A stretch of DNA of 35,041 nucleotides. Origin: Octopus bimaculoides. Taxonomy: Eukaryota. The stretch lies in contig NC_068981.1 of the NCBI RefSeq assembly GCF_001194135.2, positions 173,298,463 through 173,333,503 on the forward strand, written 5' to 3'. Below, piece by piece: positions 22,225 to 34,219 of the stretch. The first letter of the stretch is position 1. Every line of letters starts with the position of its first letter. Both the position numbers and the translations under genes were made by a program. Under the pieces are notes generated by a model that saw only the letters and a program-made list of their open reading frames with translations, ran no database searches and was not told where the DNA came from.

Positions 22225-23541
22225 TATAGAAGTGTGAATATTCACCTTTCAATGTGTCTGTTAATGGACACATTAATTTCAACATGCTATTAAACTTACA
22301 TAAAAATAAGATAGATTTCTCATATAGCACTAGTTTTTGTATGACTTATTCATATTTTGATTTTTAGATATTGTTACATTGGAGACATCACAACTACAGT
22401 AGCAACTACTCTAGTCCCTGTGAAATTAAGCCAGTTACTTTAACCCTTTTGATACCAACACACCTGAAACTACCTCTGATTCTATGCTCAAACTCCATGT
22501 TTTAAAGTGATCTAAATTAGAACCTTCCACCAAAATCTCACGTTAATTTATGTTTTAAACACCAGCTAAATTCTTTATTGTTTTCAAAATTAACTGAAAC
22601 AAAGGCAGAATATTTCAACCAAAATATGGTAACAAAAGGGTTAAACTGAAGACATCATAATAAATCCAACTAGAAAAATATAGTCCACATGATATTTTTC
22701 TGTTGTTTTCTCTCATAATTGAAATATTGTAAAAGAATATCCTTTCAAAAACCATTACTTTAATTTGTATGATGAAAATCTTTCCAATAAAGGATATCTT
22801 GGTAGATAAGGTTATCCTAAATTCTAAATTATTCTTATTAACAACTAAAATGAAAAAATAACCAAAAATAAAATTTAAAATTTAATGAAAATAACTTAAC
22901 ATAATGGATGATTTAATATATTCTTTTGTAAAGGGCTAAAAGTTCACCAATGATTTTCCCAGTTAGGTTTTGTTGGTGCAGCAGATGTCAAAATTAATAA
23001 ATTTAAATACTAAATAATAAATTTTAAAAAAATATTAATTTTAAAGTGATTTTGTGGATTGGTATTTAAATGGACACCACTATTTACTTAAAAAGGCTGT
23101 TAAGACTGCTCCTTTTTGGATTAAAAATAATTTTCAAAATTTATTTTTCTCAGAGTTCACAGCTGGGGTTAAATTTAAGCAAGAATAAACTATGATTCAT
23201 ACAAAATTCAAAGGACTCACTATCAACAAAATTGTTAAAATGCAATACTTCCTTTTTATAAGACAAGATAGTAAAGGAAACAGAACATGCTCAGATTGTT
23301 TCACTGCTCTCCACTTAATAAATCATTGCATGTATTCTCCACAAGATAGACAATATATTCAGAGAGCTGGATCTGTGGACCATACCTAGACATTTTATCA
23401 ACTGCCTACATGACCAAAAGTACACAACTAGATTTGTAGTAATAGGAGTTTTAAGTTACCTTTCATAATTTTGGCTAGACTAAGAAAAGTGAGAGACTAT
23501 CAGTTTATGAACAATTGACTTAAGTTAACACCACTTTAAAA

Positions 23542-23660
23542 CCAGCATCTTTTAGAATGGACAAACCAACAGAGAAAACTGCAGAGATATAGCAATTAAT
23601 AGACTGAAACTAAGTCTGCAAGTTCAAACAAGTAGTAAATTCATATCACCTGCTAGAAAC
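23542..23660 (+). repeat. Direct repeat copy A (~118 bp; copy B at 25722-25837)
   Basis: ccagcatctttta.aatggacaaaccaacagagaaaa...agactgaaactaagtctgcaagttcaaa...tcatatcacctgctagaaac occurs at both sites. Confidence 0.92.
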
Positions 23661-24139
23661 TAGCATTAATGGCTATTGACTGTTATTGAACATGTAATAC
23701 AAATAACAACAAATGTTGGGTGGAAAAGAGTCCTATGCTGACAGAGGATCGTATATATAACAAAGGAAGACATAGAAGGAAGTAATGAGATCAGGATGTT
23801 GGGCATCAAAAATGAAATGACAGGATTGAAAAGAGCTGTAATATGGTTGTTAAACTGCAAATCTACACAATTCAAGCAAACGTAGAAAAGTGGAATGCTA
23901 AAACAATGATGATGATGATGATCAATGCAATAAAGTTTATAAAACTAAATGTATAAGATGCAGGCATGGTTGTGTAGTTAAGAAATTTGCTTCCAAAACA
24001 TGTGATTTGGGGTTCAGTCCCATTGTAAAGTGCCATGGGTAGTATCTTCTATAGCTCCAAGCCAACCAAAATCTTGAGTGATTTGGTAGATTGGAAAAGA
24101 AGTCCATCATGTGTATGAGTGCATTTGTGTGTGTTGAAA

Positions 24140-24505
24140 TCATCCGGTAATTGTGACTGAGTGGTATTAGGAAGGGCATCTAGCCATAGAAACCATACCA
24201 AAGCTGACAGTGGAGCTTGGCGCAAACTTTTGACTTGTCAGTTCCTGTTAAACCATCCAACCCATGCCAGCATAGAAAACAGATGTTAGGTGGTGATGAT
24301 GATGATGATGAAATAAGTATGACCATTATACAAGCAATATCATTTGTTTCTAATCTTCTGTGAAAACATGTCCAGCTATGAGGAAACAAGTGAGGAGTGG
24401 TGGCAGGAAGAGCATCTAGCTGCAAAAAATCTGCCTCAACAAATTCTGTCCAACCCATGAGAGTATGTAAAAGTGGATGTTAAAACAATGATGATGACGA
24501 TGATG
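24140..24505 (+). mobile_element. Two tandem diverged (GAT)n-tailed LINE 3' ends
   Basis: ggaagggcatctagcc...ccatccaacccatgccagc...(gat)n at 24140-24310 and again at 24330-24505. Confidence 0.75.
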
Positions 24506-24581
24506 AAAGTGTTTTAATGCTATGCTTGTTAAAAAGCAAACAGATACACTCCTTCTTAAGTACAAGCAGAATTTTACTTAC

Positions 24582-24740
24582 TTAAAGTGTTCTTCATAAA
24601 AATTAAAACCTCCTGCAAAGTCTTCGTTGTGTAAATACAACAATATCACACCGACGGCAGCTTTACCTATCATAGGCCAATTTTGAGTTTTTTTGTGGTG
24701 ATGTATTTCCTTTTTCAAATATTCAATTGATTGTTCAAGC
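24582..24740 (-). CDS. NAPG: NAPG exon, 159 nt (LEQSIEYLKKEIHHHKKTQNWPMIGKAAVGVILLYLHNEDFAGGFNFYEEHFK)
   Basis: Acceptor aatttcag, donor gtaagt; LLYLHNED corresponds to recalled human VHLHRND. Confidence 0.9.
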
Positions 24741-25009
24741 CTGAAATTGTATTACAGAAAATATAAATACCAGAACATGTAATATTGTAAAATCAACAGT
24801 AAAACCAACAGAAGAGCTAAGATAATTTAAATGCACCTCCTTCCCAAAATGACTACATTTTTCAAATTATGATTCCATTTATTATTGTATATGTCACATT
24901 ATCTTAAAAATTGAAAAGCAACTATCACTTTTAGTGGAGCTAAATTCATAGACTTTTACTACTGAGAAGCAAGCTTTGTAACTGATAACTTTTTAGTAAT
25001 GTTAATAAT

Positions 25010-25330
25010 GATAATAATCCTTTCTACTAAAGGCACAAGGCCTGAAATTGGGGGGGGGGGAGAAAGTCGATTATATCGACCCCAGTACTACTACTAACAA
25101 CAACAATAATAATAATAATAATCCTTTTTACTAAAGGCACAAAACTTGAAATTTTTGGGGAGGGGACTAGTGGATTACATTGACCCCAGTGTTTCAGTAG
25201 TACTTAATTTATCGACCCCGAAAGGATGAAAGGCAAAGTTGACCTCGGCAAAATTTGAACTAAGAACGTAAAAATTGAGGAAATATTGCTAAGCATTTTG
25301 TCTAGCGTGCTAATGATTCTGCCAGCTTGT
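25010..25330 (-). mobile_element. Nin-domain SINE with a duplicated 3' tail and flanking (TAA)n
   Basis: aatcct.t.tactaaaggcacaa...gaccccag occurs twice; atcgaccccgaaaggatgaaaggcaaagttgacctcgg. Confidence 0.8.
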
Positions 25331-25359
25331 TAATAATAATAATAATAATAATAACAAAC

Positions 25360-25660
25360 TTATTGTATCAATGCTCAGGTGTATCAGAAAAAGCAGCCAG
25401 AAGTGCATGAATAGTACACAGAATATGCATAGGAAGTGACAATGCATAAGTTGTTAAAAATAACAAAAAAAAAACAGGGAAGTGGGTATCAGGTGTACAG
25501 TTGGCAAATTTGAGGAAGCATGGAAGTTTTGAAGGATGTAATATCTCAACAGCTAACAATTGATATGGGCAGTTTATTCCATGCTTCAGCAATTCTGAGT
25601 GTGAAAAAATGTTTCCAAATGCCATAGGTGCTGTGCTGTATTTTGATTTTGTAGGCATGG
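25360..25660 (-). mobile_element. CR1-type LINE 3' end remnant
   Basis: Minus frame WKHFFTLRIAEAWNKLPISIVS...SFKTSM matches the CR1 ORF2 C-terminal HFF..R....WN.LP motif. Confidence 0.75.
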
Positions 25661-25721
25661 CTATGAGTGTTTAAATGTATGGAATTCAAAAAGGTGAGAA
25701 TGCTGTGTTAAATTTATTCTT

Positions 25722-25837
25722 CCAGCATCTTTTAAAATGGACAAACCAACAGAGAAAATTGCAGAGAAAAAGAAATAGACTGAAACTAAGTCTGCAAGTT
25801 CAAAACAAGTAGTAAATTCATATCACCTGCTAGAAAC
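25722..25837 (+). repeat. Direct repeat copy B
   Basis: See copy A at 23542-23660. Confidence 0.92.
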
Positions 25838-27172
25838 GTTTTGTTATGCCCCTGGGTAGAACACTCAACTGTCTTTCTTCCATTCAGCTTAGCAAATGTA
25901 AGAAAAAACTCACATATGCAGAGAAATACCTCAAAATCTTACTAGCCCCAAATACTACTGGGATACACACCGCTAACATTAAGTGCAATTTTTGCTCTCT
26001 GACTGAGTCAACCTTGTTCAGATCTTCTTGTGCCAACTCTAGAATCTATAGGTGTATAGAAATAGACTGGATAGTGGAGAGAGTAAATCTTGTCAAGATT
26101 GTCTCATTACATCTTATGATTTATCACTGCATACTGGTGTATGAAGTAGGGGGTCCTCAAAAAGATGGAGGTATGATGTAATTGGAAAAACAAATCTGTG
26201 TCATGCCTTATCATTCAGCTGACTATCTGCATGTCATAAGTCTACTTGATCAGAGCTGACATGGGGCTACATAATTCCATATACCTTAGCTCATCTAGAT
26301 GTTGGGAATAGGTACCATATCTCTTGTAAATGTAAGATAGGTATCCTGTCTGGACTCAATTCTTACCTACATATTGTTACTGAATATGGAGTTTAAAACT
26401 GATTTTACAGTCCACTTTAGCTTGTGGAAACATTCTTGTCATTAATATCAAGTGAATCTGGTTGTTGCTGGGGTTTAATCTCAAATCAGCCCTGATTGAG
26501 CTGATCTATGAACTAAGGTATTCCATTCATGACCAACCATCTTGGCATTTTTTCAGATATAGCTTATCTAGGACTTTATAATCTAATATATCCTGCCATT
26601 TTTAGAATAGTAGATTATCATTTGAGAGAAGATTTAGCTATTCTTTCTAGCAAGTTGAGTAACTATATAAAAAGTTAATCAGTTGTTAACAGAACCCTTT
26701 AGAAATCAATTCCAGTTGGAATATCTGCAGTGAAAATTTGCTTCTTTGCTAAAAAGAAATCCTGTCCAAAAACTGATGCAAATGGCCAGTGTGTAAAGAT
26801 CAAGTAGCATGAGCTTATTGCAAGTGTCAAGCTCAGTGAAATAGTCAATTGTAGCTTGGCCAGTGGTCATCTCTGATCAAGCAGATTTATGGTTAAACCA
26901 TCCCTGTTGTAACCATCTTGTTATTCAGACAGTGTATTTACACCATGTGTGATTTCAGGGAGATTTGGCTGATATTTTTATCAGGAACTACAATGAGGCT
27001 TCTTCCTATACGATCTCAGTCAGTCTTCATGTTAATACAGTAAATATGAAGAGCTAATTCTGAAAAAGATGCACTTCTTTACCAAGAACTATGAGAATTA
27101 CAATGTTTAGAAGAAAGGTCACTACAGTTCAGACAATCTTTAAACTATCTTTGAATTCAAATCCAGACATAC

Positions 27173-27243
27173 TTGCGCTGGTGGATTAAAATTCGGGCAG
27201 CCTTCCCAATATTTTCTGCAGCATTGTTTGGTCGGTCCTCATT
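27173..27243 (-). CDS. NAPG: NAPG exon, 71 nt (NEDRPNNAAENIGKAARILIHQRK)
   Basis: Acceptor tcatttttctag, donor gtatgt. Confidence 0.92.
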
Positions 27244-27329
27244 CTAGAAAAATGAGAATAAATGTAAAAATGTATTCATATAGCTTTTGTATCATTGTAT
27301 GTATATGTGTGTGTGAGTGTATGTGTGTT

Positions 27330-27331
<2 letters not shown>

Positions 27332-27367
<36 letters not shown>
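27332..27367. repeat. (TA)n microsatellite
   Basis: Direct reading. Confidence 0.95.
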
Positions 27368-27369
<2 letters not shown>

Positions 27370-28195
27370 TGCAGCCATGGTTGCAAGTGTTAAGAAGTTT
27401 GCACTCTAACCATATAGTTGCATGTTACCTTGGATAAGTGTTCCATAGAAAGAAACTGCAGGAATCTTGTGTAAATATCTGTAAGTGTGTTTGCATGCAT
27501 GTGCGCACATGTGTATGTGTGCATTGGGTGTGAATGCTCATATTCCTCGTTTGTCACTTGTCATTGCTTGTATGAAATGATAGTAATTTGGGTGTTCCTT
27601 GTTGACATTATGACTATTTTCTCTGAAGATTTGAAGACCTCTGGAATAAAAAAAAATCCCTTACTTGAAAAAGTAGGTAAAGATTGGCAGTTATAAAATC
27701 CTGCCTCAAATAACTACCTATCTAACCCATGCCAGTATGGAAACACTAACACTAAACAAATGAGCAAATATACATTTATATATGTATACAAATATCTTTG
27801 TGTATAAACACCCCAACACATATACATATCTGCTTGTATGTGTTTTATATCTTTGTGTACACATATACACACACACATGTATGGATTCCTGTGCCCCTGT
27901 TAATGTTTACTGGCATCATGTGTTCATTTGCAAAAGTGTGATTTGGTTAATTTATCTATATTTATTGACTCTTTGAGTAACAGATTGAAATTAATACTTG
28001 GGATGATTGAGATGATACAATTGACTAAATCCTTTGACTGAAAGCAGTATAAAAATAAAAGAATACATATAATGTACATATTTATGCATGTGTATGTAAG
28101 TATGTGTGTGTGTGAAGAATAATGATACATAAGCTTAACCCACTCTCATCATTTAAGTCAATAAATTTTATCCGCAGCATAAATTTTAAACTTAC

Positions 28196-28262
28196 ATCGG
28201 CAATGGCACTAGCCTTTTTGTACATATGAACTGCTTTTAAGGGGAATTCTTGTTCAACCATT
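28196..28262 (-). CDS. NAPG: NAPG exon, 67 nt (MVEQEFPLKAVHMYKKASAIAD)
   Basis: Acceptor ttttctttcatttcag, donor gtaagt. Confidence 0.9.
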
Positions 28263-29154
28263 CTGAAATGAAAGAAAATTATCTAATTAAAATAAAAGAA
28301 ATATATAAATAAACAGAAAAAAAAAAGAGAACAGGTAACACCTTTATGATTCTTATTACAGTAACCCCCATCCCAACTCCTATTTGGCACCACTGGGGGC
28401 AGATAGTTGCTAGATAACTGCATTTTTCAGATATCTAATCATTGCTTTTAAATTACTAAGCACCTTATGAAACTCATCAAAACTCTATATATGCATCAGT
28501 TTTATCATTAATATTCTGAATATACATAGAAATGAGAGAAATAGGAAGAAATATATGTATAATTTAGGTGAAGAACAAGTTTTATTAACCAAATAAAATA
28601 CAAATATTGTAAATGCGGTAAAATAAAATACTGTACATTGAGTAGCAATGATCCATTTTAGATACAGTAAAAACTTATTTTTCTTTTAATGACAACAGAT
28701 TAACACAAATTAGAGCAAATTCTCTTGACTCTAATTAAGACACGTTTTCTTTTTTGTGTTTTGGGTACCAGTTGGTTGAGGTTTCCGGTTGAGTACCAGA
28801 AAAAGTTTACTATATAAAGTACTGATGACAAATTGTTTATAATGCTGCATCATTGGGTTACAAACACGATGTTTTCAGGAAGTAAGTTAACTGAATGAGT
28901 CAGGTATTCGATAACTGGCTCTTGGGTTAGTGTAAGTTCATATTTTGCTGTTGATAGTTTAATGATTCTTAGAAGAACACATAAATCAATCTGATTCAGC
29001 TCATATATGTTCTGATAAATGGCTGTGAGAAAAAATACTCAGTATATGTAGTAGTGTTTACTTATTCATTGAAAGTTGCTGATTCAGTTTGTTGCTACTC
29101 AAAAGTTTCTTGCAACATGTAGTCCTTCAGGTGACAAAAAGATGAATGGAGGAA

Positions 29155-29373
29155 AGATGAAGGCAGCGAGCTGGCAGAAACGTTAGCAGTATTTCGTCTG
29201 CCGCTACATTCTGAGTTCAAATTCCGTCGAGGTCGACTTTGCCTTTCATCCTTTCAGGGTTGATTAAATAAGTACCAGTCACGCACTGGGGTTGATATAA
29301 TCGACTTAATCCGTTTGTCTGTCCTTGTTTGTCCCATCTGTGTGTAGCCCCTCGTGGGCAGTAAAGAAATAAG
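29155..29373 (+). mobile_element. Nin-domain SINE with 17-bp TSD and an internal deletion
   Basis: TSD aaagatgaatggaggaa at 29138-29154 and 29374-29390. Confidence 0.9.
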
Positions 29374-30435
29374 AAAGATGAATGGAGGAACTTATTGGAG
29401 ATTCATGGCACAAAGGCACAGGTTATTGAATTGTACAATTCTCATTGACTGACTTGGACCAAAGTTAATGTGTGACTTGTGAGTTGCTGAGAGGTGAGAA
29501 TTTCAGTAGAAATGATCAGACTGCCTATCATTTGTATAAGAGGAGATACCTCTGTGACAGAGTTGGTGGATGTCAAGTAATTATTGTATTCATGAAGCAA
29601 TGATGATCAATGTGACTGATAGCAGGAATAGTCAGATGGCCTGCAGTTGAAACTTTTTTCAGGAGGAATTTGTTCATGCCTGCATATGAACAATAATTAA
29701 TATTTCCTGTTTAACATATTGAAAGAAAGTGATTGTAAAGCAGACTCATTTACTAGATTTTAAATTCCACTTGAAACGACTTCATATATAAATATTGCAG
29801 GACTCTGATGAAATAAAATACATAATTGCATAATGTTGCTATTATTGTTATGTAATTATTTTAGCAGTTTTCTGAAATGCGTGTATGTCTTATAAAGCTT
29901 TGTTTTATGTTTATTATACATATATATCTATATATTATTGCACTGTCTCATTTTTCTCTCCCCTATCAATATGTTGTGCCTATTTAAGAAATTCTTTTGT
30001 CATGCTATCAAACAAGGACCATTACTCTATTTATCTTGATGAAGACAATGATGACAATAGAAACTACTATTATTTCTTCATTGATATTTGAAGTTAAGAT
30101 GAGCATATGAATGTATGATACTTGTTTCGACAATACTGTTATGAATAACCAACAGTAAGACATAAAGGGAGCCTCTATACAATTACCTGACCTGCTAGAA
30201 ACAGTAGCTAAATCTGCTTTAAATCATCTGTTACCATCTTAGAGAAGACAGACACATTGTATAATGCAGTCCTGGTAAACTATGCCAAGGAAAGAGACAG
30301 AAATGTAACAGCTGTAATGACTTTGATCATAAATCTGTTCAGTCAGGGTGGATTTGGTTCTAAACAGCAACAATTACAATGACAAAGATTATGACACAAC
30401 AAAGTAATATATTTTTACCACAAACATAAACATAC

Positions 30436-30576
30436 TTAGCTCCTTTTTCAAGCACCAGTCGAGCTGAATCAGGTGTTCCATGTTCCATGAACATTGCTGA
30501 AGCCTTTTCTAGTAGCTCTGCAGCTTGTTCCAGTTGTTTAGTTTCTTTGCAAAGTAATGCAACCTGTTCATAGCTC
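30436..30576 (-). CDS. NAPG: NAPG exon, 141 nt (SYEQVALLCKETKQLEQAAELLEKASAMFMEHGTPDSARLVLEKGAK)
   Basis: Acceptor atactttag, donor gtatgt; lies inside supplied ORF 30360..30668; hallmark GTPD motif. Confidence 0.95.
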
Positions 30577-31366
30577 CTAAAGTATAGCATAGGGAACAGT
30601 TTATAAAAACACATAAAAACAAATTGAATTAAATTAAATCCATCCACTACCACTGCCACCACCCACATTCATACATACTGATTGCCTAACTTACAAAACA
30701 ACAAACATTTCCCAAATAAAGAAACTGTTAAGTATGAAGACAAATAGCAAATATTGTTGGTATCTATTAGGCAAGCATTAAGGCTAGATTGAAAAGTCAT
30801 TGAGTGATAGTCAGAGATTTTAAACTAAATTTTATTTCTTTGCAAGAGTCTCTAACAAAGAAGCCAATAGCCAACACTATCTGCAGAGATGACAGGTACC
30901 AGCAGATCATCTGTTCAGTGAGAGTCACATTGCATTGCACCTGTCTTCTTTGGTCAACAGATTATGCGTAAATGAAGAGTTTTCCGGAATGAATCTCTCT
31001 TCTAAACTTAGTATCATAGTAGATAAGAGTGAAGAGACATTATTGAGATGTTTAACCAAATTTTCCCTTTTTAACACTAGTGAAGAACTACTTAGATTTA
31101 TTTATTATTAAATGTTGTACTTGTAACTCAGATATATAGCTATTCTTGTTTAAAATATCAATTCTCATCAGATTGATGAAAAGACAAGTTTGTTGCGGAA
31201 AAATGTTTTAACTATTCAAAATCTTAATCAAGTATATCATGAGAAGAATCAGTTTATTTTAGTTAATTACTTAAAGGCAATGGATGAATCAGAACAGTTT
31301 GACCTCATTCTTAATTCTCACTTTAAGAGATACACAATTATTTTTCTTGAAACATGAAATATAATT

Positions 31367-31368
<2 letters not shown>

Positions 31369-31398
<30 letters not shown>
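31369..31398. repeat. (CA)n microsatellite
   Basis: Direct reading. Confidence 0.95.
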
Positions 31399-31400
<2 letters not shown>

Positions 31401-31720
31401 CATAAATATTTTCTACTCATATTTCCAGAAATAAACAATCACTAAAAGTTTCCAACTGAACTATCTATTATTCACTTAATTTACTATTTCTAATAATGAG
31501 GGTTTGAAATTCCTTTTGTATTGTTTATCACAGGATTTACCCATGAACCAACTTTGCAGTCAGAATACATTATTAAAAAGGAGAAAAACTTAGAAACATC
31601 AAACTACATGTTCTCCAAAGTTCAAAAATCAAAAAGCAACAAAATTCAGTGTGTAATATATTAAAAGATATAAGTCTATTGTAACAGAGAGGGAAAGAAA
31701 AAGAAAAGCAAATAACTTAC

Positions 31721-31738
31721 TTGCCAGCATAGAATTTT
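31721..31738 (-). CDS. NAPG: NAPG 18-nt microexon (KFYAGK)
   Basis: aattctaatcag|AAAATTCTATGCTGGCAA|gtaagt; equivalent to recalled human LFHAAK; frame-preserving, phase 2-2. Confidence 0.82.
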
Positions 31739-33614
31739 CTGATTAGAATTAAGGAAAAATACTTTAGCAGTATCACCTTTTAGAAACATTCTAACAACTC
31801 ATTAAATACAGCGATTAAACCTAAGGTAGCAAATCCTTAATTTGCTTCAAAATACTGGATACAATTAAACTGAAAAAAAAAAACCACATTATAGTAGGTC
31901 CTTTATCAGTTTGAATAAACTCAAAGTATGTCTTGTTTTGTCATTATCAGTAATGATTTTTAAGGATTGAATGTCTTTTGGCTTGGCTAGAAGAGGAAAG
32001 GTTGTGTCCATGCTCTTTCATGGTCTCCATGACTGATGGGAGAAAGTTATCCTCAAACCAGAGACTTGATCTGATTTAGATTTGAGTGGGCTCTGTTCAA
32101 GGTACCCAAGGGTTTAGATGGTGTTAAATTGAGTGACTGATTAAATTTTATCCCCCAAGAACAGATATGGTCTTTTTGACAGGCTTCTACATAGTTTTCA
32201 ACCACAAAATTTCATTACCCAAAACTATGTTAGAAGATATCTGCTCAAGGTGCTGCAGTGAAATTAAAACCCAAAAACCATGAGGTTGTGAAGTGAACCC
32301 AGTCGTTCTGTTGCAATTTTACATTACTGTAAAATTTAAACATATATTCATCTACTTTGCCTGCAGCCCAAGTGAAAAAAAAAACACCACTTTCCTTTCT
32401 TCCCCACTCAAGGCACAGAATCTTAGATACTTTACTTCTTATGACAACTGAACTTAGTAAGTACTTCTACAATTTCAGTTATAATAATTTTGCATTCAGC
32501 TAGAGGAAATGATTGCAGAAACTGAAAGAAGTTATATAAAACAGTGGGGAAATATAATGCAGTTTAAGAATGTTGAAGATTCAAACTAAAGACATTATCC
32601 TGATCATGATCATTTTAATGATTTTTGTATGCTGCCATAGAGAGAGTTGCAGAATAGGATCTCTTCTGTGAGAGACATTGTTTTTAGGTCTGTCTCTTCC
32701 TATGTTTTTAATGGTCTGCTCGTACCACTTAATTTTTATAATAACACTGCAAGTATGTTTGATGCCCAGTCACATTCTTAGCTCACTTGTGCCTGAACTG
32801 ATCATAGTCACACAGTCAACTTGTTCTGCTTTAGATACTGTAATCCTGTACATTAACTGCACATAAGTTGGACTGCTGCCTTGTGTGTGTGGTATTTGCT
32901 CTGACTGTGCTCTGAGTTTGAATAGAGCTGAGGTCAACTTTGTCTTTTATTTTTTTAGAGTCAAAAAAAAAAAAAAGTACCTATCCAGAACACTAGTTTA
33001 GTGGAACTGTTAAAGCATCAGGTAGGATGGCTTATGTTGTCTGTTTAGGCCTTTGTCTACTGACAATAATGTGTGCAATTATACTGGTGCCAAGCAGTAT
33101 TGTCTTTAAAGTGGCAGCTTTTCCCTTGGATAACATCAGTGGTATGGAGAGGGAAAATTTGCATGTATAGTTAACTGCCATTCTTTCTCAAAAAATCTGC
33201 TCTTGTATCCTCAGGTATAGGGTCACAGGTGCAGATACATGCCCAATCCCGAAAGACAGGCCTTAGATATACACATACTTCTGAAAGGTTTCACGAGAGT
33301 AAAAAGGCTCATTTTCAACAAAGATAATAGTTTTCAAAATTCCTTCTACCTACTTCTCTAACTCAAGGACAATATGACATGACCAGCTCCATCTAAGTAT
33401 GTCATCTATATAACAGGCTTCCATTAAACTAGCACTGCAGTCTATAGCTTCTAGTATCATGTTAATCATATTGCTAGTTACTTTAATACTCTCAGTTTTT
33501 TCGCCAGTTTAACCAAACAGTATTTGTTAATCCCCTTAACTCCCTTCCTGAATACAACATAGAATTATGAATCAAACACAACAGTATAATGGCCAAGAGC
33601 CCATGAAAGGATAC

Positions 33615-33699
33615 GCATTTGTCTGAGCTTGAAGTTCTGCAGCTTTTAAATATGCATTCTTTGCTAGATCATAAGCTTTGCAAGTTCTGAAGCAAACAG
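33615..33699 (-). CDS. NAPG: NAPG exon, 85 nt (AVCFRTCKAYDLAKNAYLKAAELQAQTNA)
   Basis: Acceptor ttattttaacag, donor gtatcc; similar to recalled human VAFKNAKQFEQAKDACLKEA. Confidence 0.88.
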
Positions 33700-33943
33700 C
33701 TGTTAAAATAAGAAAAAGAAAAGAGGGAGAAAGAAGTTATTACACAAAGATTTAAAAACTTTTCTCCCTCATACACATAAAAAGATAAACATGGCTCATA
33801 GTAAAATACCTAATTATTATTTTATGGACTACAATACTGTGTGCCAATACGTAAACCAAATATCCCCTACTTTTTACCCTTAGTTAAAGAGCAGTGAAAA
33901 ACCTTAAAATGAGGAAGCCCAAAATAGATGTCAGAAGTGGAAG

Positions 33944-33945
33944 GA

Positions 33946-33988
<43 letters not shown>

Positions 33989-34008
33989 GAGATTTTNNNN
34001 NNNNNNGA

Positions 34009-34051
<43 letters not shown>

Positions 34052-34059
34052 GAGATTTT
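33944..34059. repeat. (GA)n microsatellite duplicated across a 10-N gap (probable assembly artefact)
   Basis: 33944-33996 is identical to 34007-34059. Confidence 0.9.
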
Positions 34060-34219
34060 CATTGTTTGGTGTCTATTTTATAGAAAAAACAATGAAGGTC
34101 TTGGTGCAATCTCCACCTGGAACAAAAAACATCCCCTTTTCAAATTGCTACCACCCTTTTGAACAAGTTAACCATTTCTGTTATATTGGAAGCAACCACA
34201 ATAAGGATTCCCCTATATG

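Larger units (their letters stand above)
19696..33699 (-). other. NAPG: Gene model (5'-partial) of gamma-soluble NSF attachment protein: complement(join(19696..19860,20993..21122,24582..24740,27173..27243,28196..28262,30436..30576,31721..31738,33615..33699))
   Basis: Eight GT-AG exons splice in frame, giving gamma-SNAP motifs EKASAMFMEHGTPDSA, NEDR...IGKAAR, SPLVRHMDNAFAKLA and an acidic tail. Confidence 0.93.

Noticed and set aside
28822-28893. C/D-box snoRNA (CTGATGA...CTGA)
   Set aside because: Antisense to the host gene, imperfect C box and no terminal stem
28850-29034. Extra NAPG exon after the acceptor ttttttctcacag
   Set aside because: The phase-compatible frame stops after 7 codons, no donor was found, and the protein is complete without it
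33944-34059. 53-bp perfect tandem duplication and the 142-aa RERE ORF
   Set aside because: Identical sequence on both sides of a 10-N gap indicates an unmerged contig overlap, not biology
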